From Macrostomum lignano (lineage: Eukaryota), in assembly GCA_002269645.1 (NCBI GenBank), contig NIVC01004845.1, forward strand, positions 1-33,568: DNA of 33,568 bases. Direction: 5' to 3'. The notes below the pieces were generated by a model. That model did no database searches and was not told the DNA's origin. It saw nothing but the letters and a program-made list of their open reading frames with translations. The position numbers and the translations under genes are program-made. Shown here piece after piece: positions 1-12,427 of this stretch (position 1 is the first letter of the stretch; each line of letters begins with the position of its first letter).

Positions 1-20
1 TCTATAGCTTTACGACCTAA

Positions 21-503
21 TGTAGCTGGCGCCCTTCTGTACACGTAGCTGGCGACCCAATGTAGCTGCCCGCCCCCTCTAGCTGGCGCCCCTTCTGTAC
101 ATGTAGCTGACGCCCTTCTGTACATGTAGCTGACGCCCTTCTGTACATGTAGCTGGCGACCCAATGTGGCAGGCCCCTCCTCTGTAGCTGGCGCCCCTTC
201 TGTAGCTGGCGCCCCTTCTGTAGCTGGCGCCCCTTCTGTAGCTGGCGCCCCCTCTGTAGCTGGCGCCCCCTCTGTAGCTGGCCCCCCTCTGTAGCTGGCG
301 CCCCCTCTGTAGCTGGCGCCCTTCTGTACATGTAGCTGGCGACCCAATGTGGCAGGCCCCTCCTCTGTAGCTGGCGCCCTTTCTGTAGCTGGCGCCGGTC
401 TGTAGCTGGCGCCCTCTCTGTAGCTGGCGCCCCCTCTGTAGCTGGCACCCTCTCTGTAGCTGCGCCCCGGTCTGTAGCTGGCGCCCCCTCTGTAGCTGCG
501 TCC
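21..503. repeat. About 18-20 bp minisatellite (TCTGTAGCTGGCGCCCCC)
   Basis: Direct tandem copies; explains ORFs 17..514 and 79..522. Confidence 0.95.
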
Positions 504-720
504 CCGTTGCCCATGTTCTCAATTTAAAAGATCAAACAATAACCAATTAATTCAGTCAGAAAATCAGTCAACTAAGCTTCCGGAAACAACCAAATTGCGG
601 GAGCTTGGTCTATCATAACAAAACTTTATAAGGCTACAAGTACGCTTGTATAGAGCTATTTTAGTTTGACTAGCTCCAATTTGAACTGGTTTTCAATTAT
701 TCTATCGTTGATTATTTCAG

Positions 721-1671
721 GCAACGCAGTTCAGCTGAGGCTCATCCAGCCGGGCCAGAAGCATGACTCGTCACCCGTGGTCTACCAGACACTCCTGCCA
801 GTTCTAAGGCTGCCGCCTACCCAGCTATCGAGTCCCGGTGGTAACCATGGCAACCGAGCCAGTTCAACAGCGGCTGTGCGTAGCTTTCGCGGCAGCGGTA
901 AGCAACCCTAACGAACGTCATACTTGATTGGATATGCGTTTTGATTTGTAATGTTGACTACCAAGGCCCTCAGGCCCTCTAATCTTCACCATTCCATTAT
1001 GAGTCAAAGCTGACATCCTCTTTTCCGGTTCTCAAAGGCGGAATTCCGATTTCAATCATGCAGATACATCCGGGAACACTGCGACCGTGGGTCTCCAACG
1101 GAATCGACGCTCCCGCTACGCCAAGATGCACCTCGGCTGCGATCCAGAGTCATCAGACTTAGTCACTGGCGGTGACGTCACTAAATTCGTGGGAGCTTGT
1201 GTCGGACAAACTCTGGCCTCAGGACCGCTCGTTTTCGTCGCTGCCAAGAGCTCTGCCACCAATTCGAGCTGACCAAATCAGGCGTCCTCGTAGGGAGATT
1301 GTTGTACCCGAAAATTTGGGAGAAGTAAGTGCGCGCTATTGGATAGTAAGTCTTTGTCTCGTCCTTACAGACACTTGATAATAAGTCTTTGTCTCGTCCT
1401 TACAGACACTTGATAATAAGTCTTTGTCTCGTCCTTACAGACACGATAATAAGTCTTTGTCTCGTCCTTACAGACATTTGATAATAAGTCTGTCTCGTCC
1501 TTACAGACACTTGATAATAAGTCTTTGTCTCGTCTTTACAGACACTTGATAATTTAAATTTAACGCGACTCTTTCAATTCATTGCAGATAATCCGGCGAA
1601 AATTGATGGACAAAACCATCTGGCCACCGTCTGTTGACAGTCGAGGCGCCATCGAGGACGCTTCCGATTAG
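721..1671 (+). CDS. Possible small spliced gene or 3' end of an upstream gene
   Basis: Splice-like sites: acceptor at 720, donor gtaagc at 898, acceptor at 1063, donor gtaagt at 1325, acceptor at 1587. The phase-0 chain 847-897, 1064-1324, 1588-1671 is open except for TAG at 1160-1162. An alternative phase-1 chain from 721 stops at 1272. No homology recognised. Confidence 0.3.
1347..1551. repeat. 35 bp minisatellite (ATAAGTCTTTGTCTCGTCCTTACAGACACTTGATA), about 6 copies
   Basis: Period of 35 visible (1381, 1416). Confidence 0.95.
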
Positions 1672-2039
1672 CTTGGTTAATATATTATCTATTTTTCTAC
1701 AAAGCTATGTGAAATATAAATGGCAACAAGCATTGTAAATAAGTAAATCAAACCATTTTGCAATTATACCAATATGGCAAGAAAACTGCTTAAATTCTAT
1801 GGAGTAAGTCTTTTTTTCATTCGTTCACGAAGTCAGAAACCAAGAAGGATACATTCACCTTCAGTATACACAGGTATTTGGTACACAACACTATTGCAGA
1901 AGTTCCCTCAGCGCGCGTATCCAGGGGCGTCGCCATGGATTTTATGGTGGGGAGAGACAAAGCCATGAATTTTACATGTACATGTACATGACTAAATTCC
2001 TACGTGTACATTTTTTGAGAATCGGTGTTGCAGCGCTCG

Positions 2040-2345
2040 TTTTGGCGGTGAAGGCACTCATTTTGGCGCCGCAGACACTCATTTTGGCACGGCAGTCACT
2101 CATTTTGGCACCGCAGGCACTCATTTTGGCACTGCAGGCACTCATTTTGGCGCCGCAGACACTCATTTGGCGCCGCAGGCACTCATTTTGGCACCGCAGG
2201 CACTCATTTTGGCGCCGCAGACACTCATTTGGCGCCGTAGGCACTCATTTGGCGCCGCAGGCACTCATTTTAGCGCCGCAGACACTCATTTGGCGCCGCA
2301 GGCACTCATTTTAGCGCCGCAGGCACTCATTTTGGCGCCGCAGGT
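2040..2345. repeat. 21 bp minisatellite (GCAGGCACTCATTTTGGCGCC)
   Basis: Direct tandem copies with 20 bp variants. Confidence 0.95.
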
Positions 2346-3920
2346 GCTATACTTTGGCGCCCTGAAACAAATTTATTGCACGCCGCAGGTTTACCTACCA
2401 TCGAAAAAGTATTTCAGAGCACAGCTTATTGAGAATATCAAAGGACCCTAAGAACACCAGACTGCCAACTAAAATCAATCTCAAATCAGCTTGGAAAAAA
2501 TGGAAACAGCCAGTGCCTACACTTTGAAGATTTTACTTCAAGCAGTAGTTCGTGTCAGTCAGTCAAAAAGCATACATGTAATCTGCACAAAGGTAATCTC
2601 GTGCCTAGCATCAGTTTTCATAACTAAATAGAAATCCTTGGTAATCTTCACATATGAACGGCTCCGAGTGTCAAATTCTGCCAGGCACAGAGGCATCATT
2701 GCCGTTGCTATTTCGTCAAACCTTAATGGATTCTAGCAGAGAATAAACAGTCATGATCATAAACATTACTAATACTATTCCGTCTGTAGTGCAGCAGCCT
2801 TTTAGACAAGGTGAACTGCTCCCCCTAGGGAGTATCAAGGCTTCTTGAGACTCTAAGAAGCATCAACTCAGTTCACAAGACCTATTCACACACTTATCCG
2901 CGATAATTCCAAAATTGTACGTAGCAGCTTCTATCTACGAGGGATAATTCCATTCCTTACTCAAGTTTCTTGACTATTACTACTTATTATTATTAGGTCT
3001 ATTAATTAGCTCCTTCACTCTTTTCCCTTGGCTCTTAATGTTTCGCTACATAGAAGTCTTTGTTCAAGCCAGATTGATTTAGTAGAGAAAAACAAAGATT
3101 TTTTGTGCTAAGGCGAAGTGCTTACTACCCTTTCCGATGACTCATGGTCCGCGTGTACAAAGTGCAAAGTGTTGTATACTCTGGTCCCGAATGGTGTAAA
3201 CATGCCCATCTCCTGCTTCTATTTTTAGTACAGAAAAGCACGTGACTGCGAATACATTTAGCATGTGACCTTGAATCACGCGCCCTATGCACAGCAATCA
3301 AACCTAATTTGAGACCTTGAATCACGCTATTCTTGCATGGCTTTCGGGTCCAAGTAAGAACTTTTTTCCACACTTAAAGCGTGATTCCCAATTGATTTCG
3401 CGCTCTTGATCACCAGCTATAAATACGAGTATGAGACAGCTGAGCTCAAATTTTACATCAGACCTCAACGTCTCAGGACGTTCTCTTCATTTAAGGTTTG
3501 CAAGTTTTTACAGGTTTGAGCAGCATCTGAGACCTTCTACGAGACCGATGGTCGCAAGGCCCTTGATATAAGATCTTTTGAGTCGGGATTATTTCAGTTT
3601 TTAGCGTTTTGTTATTTTACTCATAGAAATAGCGACCTGTGAAATACTTGTAGCTGCTTTTATTTGATTTTCTCGCTAGCTACTTTGTACATTTTGCTTC
3701 TTGCATTCGTGCGTACAATGAAGCATTGTATTTCGTTGCTCAATCTAGTCCAAGCGAATAAATAGTGGACCATCGGGCTGAGCTGTCGGTGTACGAGAGA
3801 GGGAGGGGGGTCGAGGTGGAACAACAAAGCGGCTTCTCAATCTGGCGATTCCACAAAATAGAGATAAATTTAGCGCAAAAAAGGTCGGGCACAACTCACT
3901 TGAGCTGCGATGGAGACTCC

Positions 3921-6900
3921 ATGCCAAGCAGCGCGGACCCAACGGCGTCCAGCAGAGGCAGCAACTGCAGCAGAAACAACAGGACGACACAGGAAGCATC
4001 GCCAGCTATAGTCAGGTTCCCCGCATCAAAGCCATCCGGACTCGGGACATTTTTCGAGCGCTGCGCACCTTTGCCGCAAACACCACAGCGCATGGATTTT
4101 ACCACTTGAACCATCCGGTTCGGTTCTTCAAAATCGGCTGGATTGTGCTCATCATTGCCGCATTCGTCGGCATCATTGTGCACCTGTCCATCCTGGTGGT
4201 GAAGTACCGGGACGAGCCGACCTCAACTAAGATAAATCCGCGAGGCAGCGTCTACACGCCGCCGGACATCACCGTGTGCAACAGGATGATGTTCGCTGTT
4301 AGCAAACTGTTTGAAAAGTCTGGCGACAGCTACACAGTGAACCCGGAGTTCCAGCCCGTGCTGGACAGCGTGCTGAAAGTGCGCGAATTTCTCGAGGTCA
4401 GCGTCAAGAAGTATCTGCGGCTTAGCTACGGCAATTACGAATCGGACTCCGATCTGCTGCGGATTGAGGATGAAGGTGTCTATAATTTGCCCAGTGAGTG
4501 CTGGCAGATCAGCGCTGCGGCCCCGGGGCTTGTTGTTGAACGACTCGCAGGCAAGAGAGCCAACCCCTAAGGCACAGAGAGTGCACATGCCTGACGACTA
4601 TCGAGTGTCGATCTCAAAGCAGCGACTTGACTAGTCTCAAGGATGATCACGTCGTCCCTGTCTCCCAGAGCTGAGTGACATGTTTCACCTTTGGTCCGCT
4701 TCAGTTTGCATAGCATCTCCCCATTCATTAACTGACTTTTCTGCCTCAAGAGACAGATTTTTAATTTCTTGAGCAAAGTCTACACTGATATGTAATCTGA
4801 GCAAGAAATCTTTAATCATCTCATCATGGACCCTCAATCTCACCTCCTAAGTCTGCTTTCGGACTGATTTGCTGCATGTACCTTTTCCATGTAATTAAGG
4901 GCTTCGATTGCAGCATCCAGATTTTTCACAGTTAAAGCAAGAGAAGTGAGCTGGAAAGACCTAGAAGAAATGAGTCAGCAAACTAAGTACCTAAGTACAG
5001 ACTGTCTCAGAGCAGGGGGGGGGAGGCAGGGCACTGACGTGCATTAATGCAGCAGCGGCCTTGGCCTGTGCAGTTTCACTCAAATGAAACTGGTTTCAAT
5101 TGCACTTAATTGTAAAACGAGTGAAATGAGCGCAGGCCACTCAGAGCCAGCTGTGAGCAGGTTCATACAACTACGTTTCTTTTTATTGCAAAGTTTGCAG
5201 CCTTGCTTAAAGAATACTGATACAAAACCTCTATGATTTTCACTGACCTTTCATAACCCATTACTGATCCTCTATGAGCCATCACTGATTCATTCTACAT
5301 GATCTTCACTGACCCTTTATGACCGATCACTGACTCTCCATGATTCTCACTGACCCTCCATGATTTTCACTGACCCTCTAAGATCCTCACTGACCCTCAA
5401 TGACCCTTCATGACCCTCACTGACCCTTCATGACCCTCACTGACCCTTCATGACCCTCACTGACTCTCTATGATCCTCACTGATTCTCCATGATTTTCAC
5501 TGACCCTCTAAGATCCTCACTGACCCTCTATGACCCTTCATGACCCTCACTGACTCTCTATGATCCTCACTGATCTTCTAATGATTTTCACTGACCCTCC
5601 ATGACCTTCACTGACCCTCCATAACCTTCACTGACCCTCTAAGATTGTCCACCGGCCCTTCTATGATCCTCACTGACACCCATGACCCTCACTGACACCC
5701 ATGACCCAGCACTAATCCACCATGCATGCTCCCCACAATTCATTACTCAGACCTCGCCATCCGGGACACCTACGGAGCTCCGTTTCTGTCGCGGTTCAGC
5801 GCCGAGCCCCGCCAGATGCTTCTGTTCTGCACCTACAGCTCCATCGCGTGCGACTTCCTGGACTTCAAAGAATTCGGCCTGTCAACATTCCCGTCCTGCA
5901 TGACGTTCAGCCCGAGCAACTTTCTCAGTCGGCGGCCGAATATTTCTGTTAACAGCCTTGGCGAGCTGAGACTGGTGCTGTTCACGGACTCCTACCACCC
6001 CAGCCAGCTCGTCACGGACACGCTGCAGCTCCTGCCTGGCGACTGGTTCAACATGCAGGGCCAGGGCGGCGCGGTGGTCTTTGTTCACCAGCCCAGCACT
6101 TATCCCACTTTGGGAAGTCGCATTGAAGCGCCGGCCAGTAGGGAGACAATCGTGGATATTCGCTATCAGGTTGAATTTGGCCTAAAATATTGGAATGATC
6201 CACATTGACCCGTAACAATCCTAATGACTAAATTTGACCCAAAGGCTATCCTATTTACCTACATTGACCCAAAAGCAATCCGAATGACCCACATTAACCC
6301 AAAAGCAATCCTAATGACCCACATTGACCCAAAAGCAATCATAATGACCCACATTGACCCAAAAGTAATCCTATTGACCTACATTGACCCAAAAGCAATC
6401 CTAATGACCTACGAGTACATTGACCCAAAGGCTATCCTATTTACCTACATTGACCCAAAAGCAATCCGAATGACCCACATTGACCCAAAAGCGATCCGAA
6501 TGACCCACATTGACCCAAAAGCAATCCTAATGACCCACATTGATCCAAAAGCAATCCTATCCTAATGACCCACATTGACCCAAAAGCAATCCTAATGACC
6601 CACATTGATCCAAAAGCAATCCTATCCTAATGACCTACATTGACCCAAAAGCAATCCTAATGACCCACATTGACCCAAAAGCAATCCTAATGACCCACAT
6701 TGATCCAAAAGCAATCCTATCCTAATGACCACATTGATCCAAAAGCAATCCTATCCTAATGACCCACATTGACCCAAAAGCAATCCTAATGACCCACATT
6801 GATCCAAAAGCAATCCTATCCTAATGACCTACATTGACCCAAAAGCAATCCGAATGACCTACATTGACCTAAAAGTAATCATAATGACCCACATTGACCT

Positions 6901-9054
6901 AAAAGCAATCTTCATGACATACGGACCCAAAGCTAATAATCTTTCCCCACAGCTACACTCGCAACTCATTAATTACCAATCCAACTCGAACCCGCCCAGG
7001 TGTACACGTCGAAGAACACGCGAAACTACCGTTGCTCAGAGTCTGCCGAGTCGGTGCAGTACCTGGCTATCGTGAACCGCACGACTCAACCAGAGCGATA
7101 CCAAACCCAACTAGCCGACTGTTACGTTGACGTGACTCAGAAAATTTTATTACAAAAATGCGGCTTCATCGATCCCAGCCTCCCGTTGAGTCTGGCCCTG
7201 AGCGATCGGCCAAGGAGGGGCAATCTGTCCAACCTGCTGATCAACAGCCCCAGCGGCCGGCCCCTGCAGCCCACCGACCTCATCACCTTCATCTACCAGG
7301 TGTTCAAGCGGCCAACGTGTCAACCGCTGCGGAGCTGCCAGCGATTCTTGACACCCTGCTTGATCAGGAGATCTGCCTGCGATTTGCCAGGTAACAGGTG
7401 ACACCGTCCTGTCTAACAGGTAACACCGTCCTGTCTAACAGGTGACACCGTCCTGTCTAACAGGGGACACCGTCCTGTCTAAACAGGCGACAATTATCCT
7501 TTCTGACTATCCTTTCTGGCGAAATTTTTCCTGTCTAACATGTGACACTATACTCTGTCTAACAGGTGACACTATTCTTGTCTAACAGGTGGCACTATCT
7601 CCGGTCTAACAGGGGACACTATTCTGTCTAACGGGTGACATTATCCTGTCTAACAGATGAAACTATCCTGTCTAACAGGTGACAACGTCCTGTCTCCCTC
7701 CAGGGTCATAGCTAGCAACGATTCCCAGAACCAGCTGTGCTTGGACAGCTGCCAGGCCAAGGTCTACTCCACTAGTGTGATGCCGAACCTCTGGCCGGTG
7801 GGCAGCGTCGAGTTCCTACAGCCGCAGGTGCAACGTTGGCTTCAATCCAACGTGTTCTACCTGAACGGGGCCAACAAGGCTAACCTGTCAGTCAATGAAG
7901 AGTTCATTCGACGGACGAACTGGAATCTGTACGACGCCTACAAACGACTGAACGGAAGCGGCGCAAATTCGAATAATTTTCTGGCGTTGCGGTTTCGCAT
8001 TGGTGACTCGCAGGTTGGTTGCAACTCTGAGGGTTTTCCATAGGGTATTCCGTTGTACCAACCAACCAACCAACCAACCAACCAACCAACCAACCAACCA
8101 ACCAACCAACCAACCAACCAACAACAACCAACCAACCAACCAACCAACCAACCAACCAACCAACCAACCAACCAACCAACCAACCAACCAACCAACCAAC
8201 CAACCAACCAACCAACCAACCAACCAACCAACCAACCAACCAACCAACCAACCAACCAACCAACCAACCAACCAACCAACCAACCAACCAACCAACCAAC
8301 CAACCAACCAACCAACCAACCAACCAACCAACCAACCAACCAACCAACCAACCAACCAACCAACCAACCAACCAACCAACCAACCAACCAACCAACCAAC
8401 CAACCAACCAACCAACCAACCAACCAACCAACAACCAACCAACCAACCAACCAACCAACCAACCAACCAACCAACCAACCAACCAACCAACCAACCAACC
8501 AACCAACCAACCAACCAACCAACCAACCAACCAACCAACCAACCAACCAACCAACCAACCAACCAACCAACCAACCAACCAACCAACCAACCAACCAACC
8601 AACCAACCAACCAACCAACCAACCAACCAAATATTTCACCGCAAAACTGTCCGCGCAGGGCCTTGGGGTCAGTACGGACGAGAGTGCAGCCTACGAGCTT
8701 TCCGACCTGTTCTCGGACATCGGCGGCATCCTTGGCCTCTACATGGGCATCAGCGTGTTGACTCTGTGCGAGATGGCCGAACTCTGCCTGCACATCGTCA
8801 CCATGCTCGGAATGCTGCTGCACAGGAATCGAACCCGAGCGGCAGCGCTGCCCCGCTCGGTAGCTCAGATGCAGGCTAGAAAGAAATCGGTTGCCAGGGT
8901 GGCCGCTCGAACCAATTCAGGATTTGATTTAGAACCCGATGAGCACCAGCTACAAAACCATCACCAGCACCAGCACCAGCACCAGCACCAGCACCAGCAC
9001 TGGCAGCGGCCGCAGTACCCTGTGCAAATGCCTGCAAGAATTTCTCGAGTTTGA
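3921..9054 (+). CDS. DEG/ENaC-family (amiloride-sensitive) cation channel subunit, FaNaC-like TM2; 5 exons, about 696 aa after two 1-nt corrections
   Basis: Exons 3921?-4493, 5751-6169, 7000-7390, 7704-8013, 8659-9054, all with GT-AG boundaries and matching phases (1,0,2,0). Motifs: pre-TM1 HG motif ([11 protein letters not shown]), TM1 ([25 protein letters not shown]), post-TM1 [23 protein letters not shown], and TM2 ([28 protein letters not shown]). AATAAA at 9175-9180. Needs +1 nt near 3924 (start codon) and near 7310. Confidence 0.92.
5230..5705. repeat. Degenerate 10/11-21 bp minisatellite (TGACCCTCAC/TGACCCTTCA) in ENaC intron 1
   Basis: Direct tandem copies. Confidence 0.9.
6200..6925. 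repeat. 30 bp minisatellite (CACATTGACCCAAAAGCAATCCTAATGACC) in ENaC intron 2
   Basis: Direct tandem copies; explains ORFs 6224..6565 and 6824..7075. Confidence 0.95.
7391..7703. repeat. About 22 bp minisatellite (GTGACACCGTCCTGTCTAACAG) filling ENaC intron 3
   Basis: About 13 partly degenerate units running from donor to acceptor. Confidence 0.9.
8058..8630. repeat. (CAAC)n microsatellite in ENaC intron 4
   Basis: Near-perfect tetranucleotide array; source of the PTNQ and VGWL ORFs. Confidence 0.98.
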
Positions 9055-10273
9055 GTTTAAAAGTTTCCCCGCAGATGTATGGGAATCGCAAGGGTGATTC
9101 AGTCTAATCGAAGTATACTAAAATTTTTCATTGACAATTTTCCTGTGAATTTATAGCAGAAGCAGATGCGTAACAATAAAACATTCTGTGTCGATATTTC
9201 GTTACTAAAATAAAAAATCTGTTCACCTCAATTTCAAAACGTGTTGCACTGACTATATAGATTTTACCAAAAGACTTGTGCATTATATTCTACTTTCAGT
9301 CAGTAGCAGGTTTATCAGCACAAACTTCTACTATGCCTACTAACCGCAGTAAATACTGCTTAACTTTTATCAATGTGTTTGACCCAACTGGCCTTGCAAT
9401 TCACTTTGAACGTAGCGCTACCCATAAGGTCGTTTACTGCCAAACTGGGATCTGGGATCAGCTGGGATCGGTTTATAACAAAAAATATTATTCTTGGAAG
9501 ACCCTAAACGCCTCCTAAATGTTGTTTACAAGCTTAAAGCAATTAACGAGCGCCTCGACTATTGCCCTAGGCCGGAAATTTCTGCTGCTATATTGCAATG
9601 CTTTGGAACAGTGAGAAATCTGTCTGGGCTGCTTGGGGCAGGGGAGGGGGGGGTTGTTAAGAACAAATCTCTGCTCTCCTCGAAAGCAGACACGAATTAG
9701 AGAGACCAGAGATACAGGTCAGACAGGGCTGTCTCGCTGTCTGTTTACCTGGAGAAATGTTTTTGTCTGCGCGCAACGTTCCGGTCTCTGCGCGCAGCGG
9801 TTGACTGTGCTGTCTGAAACAAGCAAAGTTTTTTTATTAATAGCTCAAATCTCGTCCCAGCCCCCCAACGCTCGTCTCGACCCCCATCTCATTTTACGTA
9901 CCCCCCTTACTTGATAGTTTTGTTTTTAGAGAGACTCAAGCCTTCCTTTGGGTTGGGGGTGGGGGGGGGGGAGTCCACAACCCCCCTTACTTAAGGTCCA
10001 ACCCTATTTCAGATCAACTCCCAAGCTGCAATGCTCCAGTGCTTTAATCTGAGCATTTCTATCGCAGTTTTGACCGCTAACAACTGTTAACTTTAAACAA
10101 TAAGAGACGATAGCCCGAGTTGTCTGCTGAGGACAAGAAGTCTAGTAGAGAATACAGTAAATTTAGCAGTCCAGGCGGCAACAGCGTGTCTGGGCAGACC
10201 AGTTGCAACTGTTAAGACAGGCCTTTCATCATAAACCGAAGCTTTATTTATCATCGTTTTGTTTAACCGCCAG

Positions 10274-12078
10274 GGGCGGTGTTAGCTAGAGGTCAGGCGG
10301 CAGACGAACTTTTGAGATGCTGCACAGTTTCTACCGGGACGAGTTCCTCGGCTTGAGAAGCGGCGACAGCGGCGGCAGGTCGCAGCCGACGGCCGCTGCT
10401 GCACCGGACGAGCTCCGCAGCCGGATGCTTGCCCGGCAGGCAGCCTGCAGTGACGGCCAGCAGTGCGTCAATCAATTGTCGGAGGCGTTCGCCACCGCAG
10501 CGTCGGCCGGCTGTGCCGGCTGCGGCCTGCCGGACGCCGACATTCGACACGGCCTGGCCAAGTTTGCGCAGTGGCGAGCGGCACAGTTCAGGTTGGCGGC
10601 CCTCTCCGACAAGTCGGTGGTGCGCTGCTGGTCGCCAGTGCTGATGGTGCCGGTGGACTGGGCCTCCGTCCGGCGGCGCCGCGCCTGCCTCTGCCCGTTC
10701 CTGGTGCCCAACGGCGGCGGCTTGGTGTGGCGGCCCGCCTGCCCGGAGGCCGCCTTCCTGCTGCTCGCCCAGGCCTGCGGCATCGGGGTCGACCTGCACC
10801 TGCGGCTGGCTGACGCTGCAAACGGGACGGCAACGACGCCCTGCCACTCCTTTCTGATGGGCGACTTCGTGCAGCTGTACCGGAGCGGGCAGTGGCCGCC
10901 CAAGAAGCAGCTGACCAGGTGAGTTGGAGTGCTTTGAAATTCAATAGCCAGGAACTATTAGATAGATGGCGACAGGCAGACAGGCAGGCAGACAGACAGG
11001 CAGACAAACAGGCAGACAAACAGGCAGACAGGCAGACAGGCAGAAACTAATACAGGCAGACACTAAGACAGGCAGAGACTGACACACAGACACTAAGACA
11101 GGCAGACACTAAGACAGGCAGACACTAAGACAGGCAGACGCTAAGACAGGCAGACACTAAGACAGGCAGATACTAAGACAGGCAGACACTAAGACAGGCA
11201 GACACTAAGACAGGCAGACACTAAGACAGGCAGACACTAAGACAGGCAGACACTAAGACAGGCAGACGCTAAGACAGGCAGACACTAAGACAGGCAGACA
11301 CTAAGACAGGCAGACACTGACACACAGACACTAAGACAGGCAGACACTAAGACAGGCAGACGCTAAGACAGGCAGACACTAAGACAGGCAGACACTAAGA
11401 CAGGCAGACACTAAGACAGGCAGACACTAAGACAGGCAGACACTAAGACAGGCAGACAAAAGACCATTTGTCCCAGACAGAATTCGAACCTCACTTTACC
11501 CCCCCCCCGCCCACCAGAGAAGGCCGACGCCTCATCTTGGACCTCAAAGCGAACCTCTGCCCACCTGAGGTTGTCCAGTTCGTGTTTTATTCCGCTTACG
11601 GTCACGTGATCTGCCTTCGCGAAAATCAGCGCGTTCCCACTCGCGAAGGCCTCGCCTCGTTGTACACAGTCGCTCGTCACGTGATCTCGGAGACTCGCTC
11701 GGATTTTCGACGGCTGGCCGACGTCTCTGGCCTGCTGGCGAACATCATCGTCCTGCTCAGCCACACCGTCGGCCAGCTGCAGCCGGTGGCCGATCGACAC
11801 CTGCTGGCAGGCTTGGCCGGCATCTTCCGGCTCAGTCCGCCACTGTTTAGCGAAACGCGCGACCGACTCAGACAGCGGCTTCAGGCGGAGGCGACCCGGC
11901 AGCTGACCGCGCTGGACGAGTCGCCGGTCCAGTGCCTGCACCAGCACGACAGGGGCGGTCAGTGGGACTGGGGCGATGTCAACGACTGCCTGGTGGTTGA
12001 GGTCTGCGCCACCCTGTTCCGGGAGATGGTGCTGCGAGAGACTCAGGTGAGAGAGACAGGGGGAAGACAGAGACACTA

Positions 12079-12138
<60 letters not shown>

Positions 12139-12139
12139 T

Positions 12140-12235
<96 letters not shown>

Positions 12236-12303
12236 GGCAGGCAGACAGACAGACAGACAGACTGACTGACTGACTGACTGACTGACTGACTGACTGACTG
12301 ACT

Positions 12304-12346
<43 letters not shown>

Positions 12347-12374
12347 TGACTGACAGACAGACATACAGACAGGC

Positions 12375-12427
<53 letters not shown>

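Noticed and set aside
7888-8823. Long ORFs encoding VGWL or PTNQ repeats
   Set aside because: These are translations of the intronic (CAAC)n; the ENaC exons splice around it in phase.
11468-11517. Apparent frameshift at the C10 run in gene 2
   Set aside because: The C run is the polypyrimidine tract of the acceptor at 11517, which gives the correct phase with no indel.
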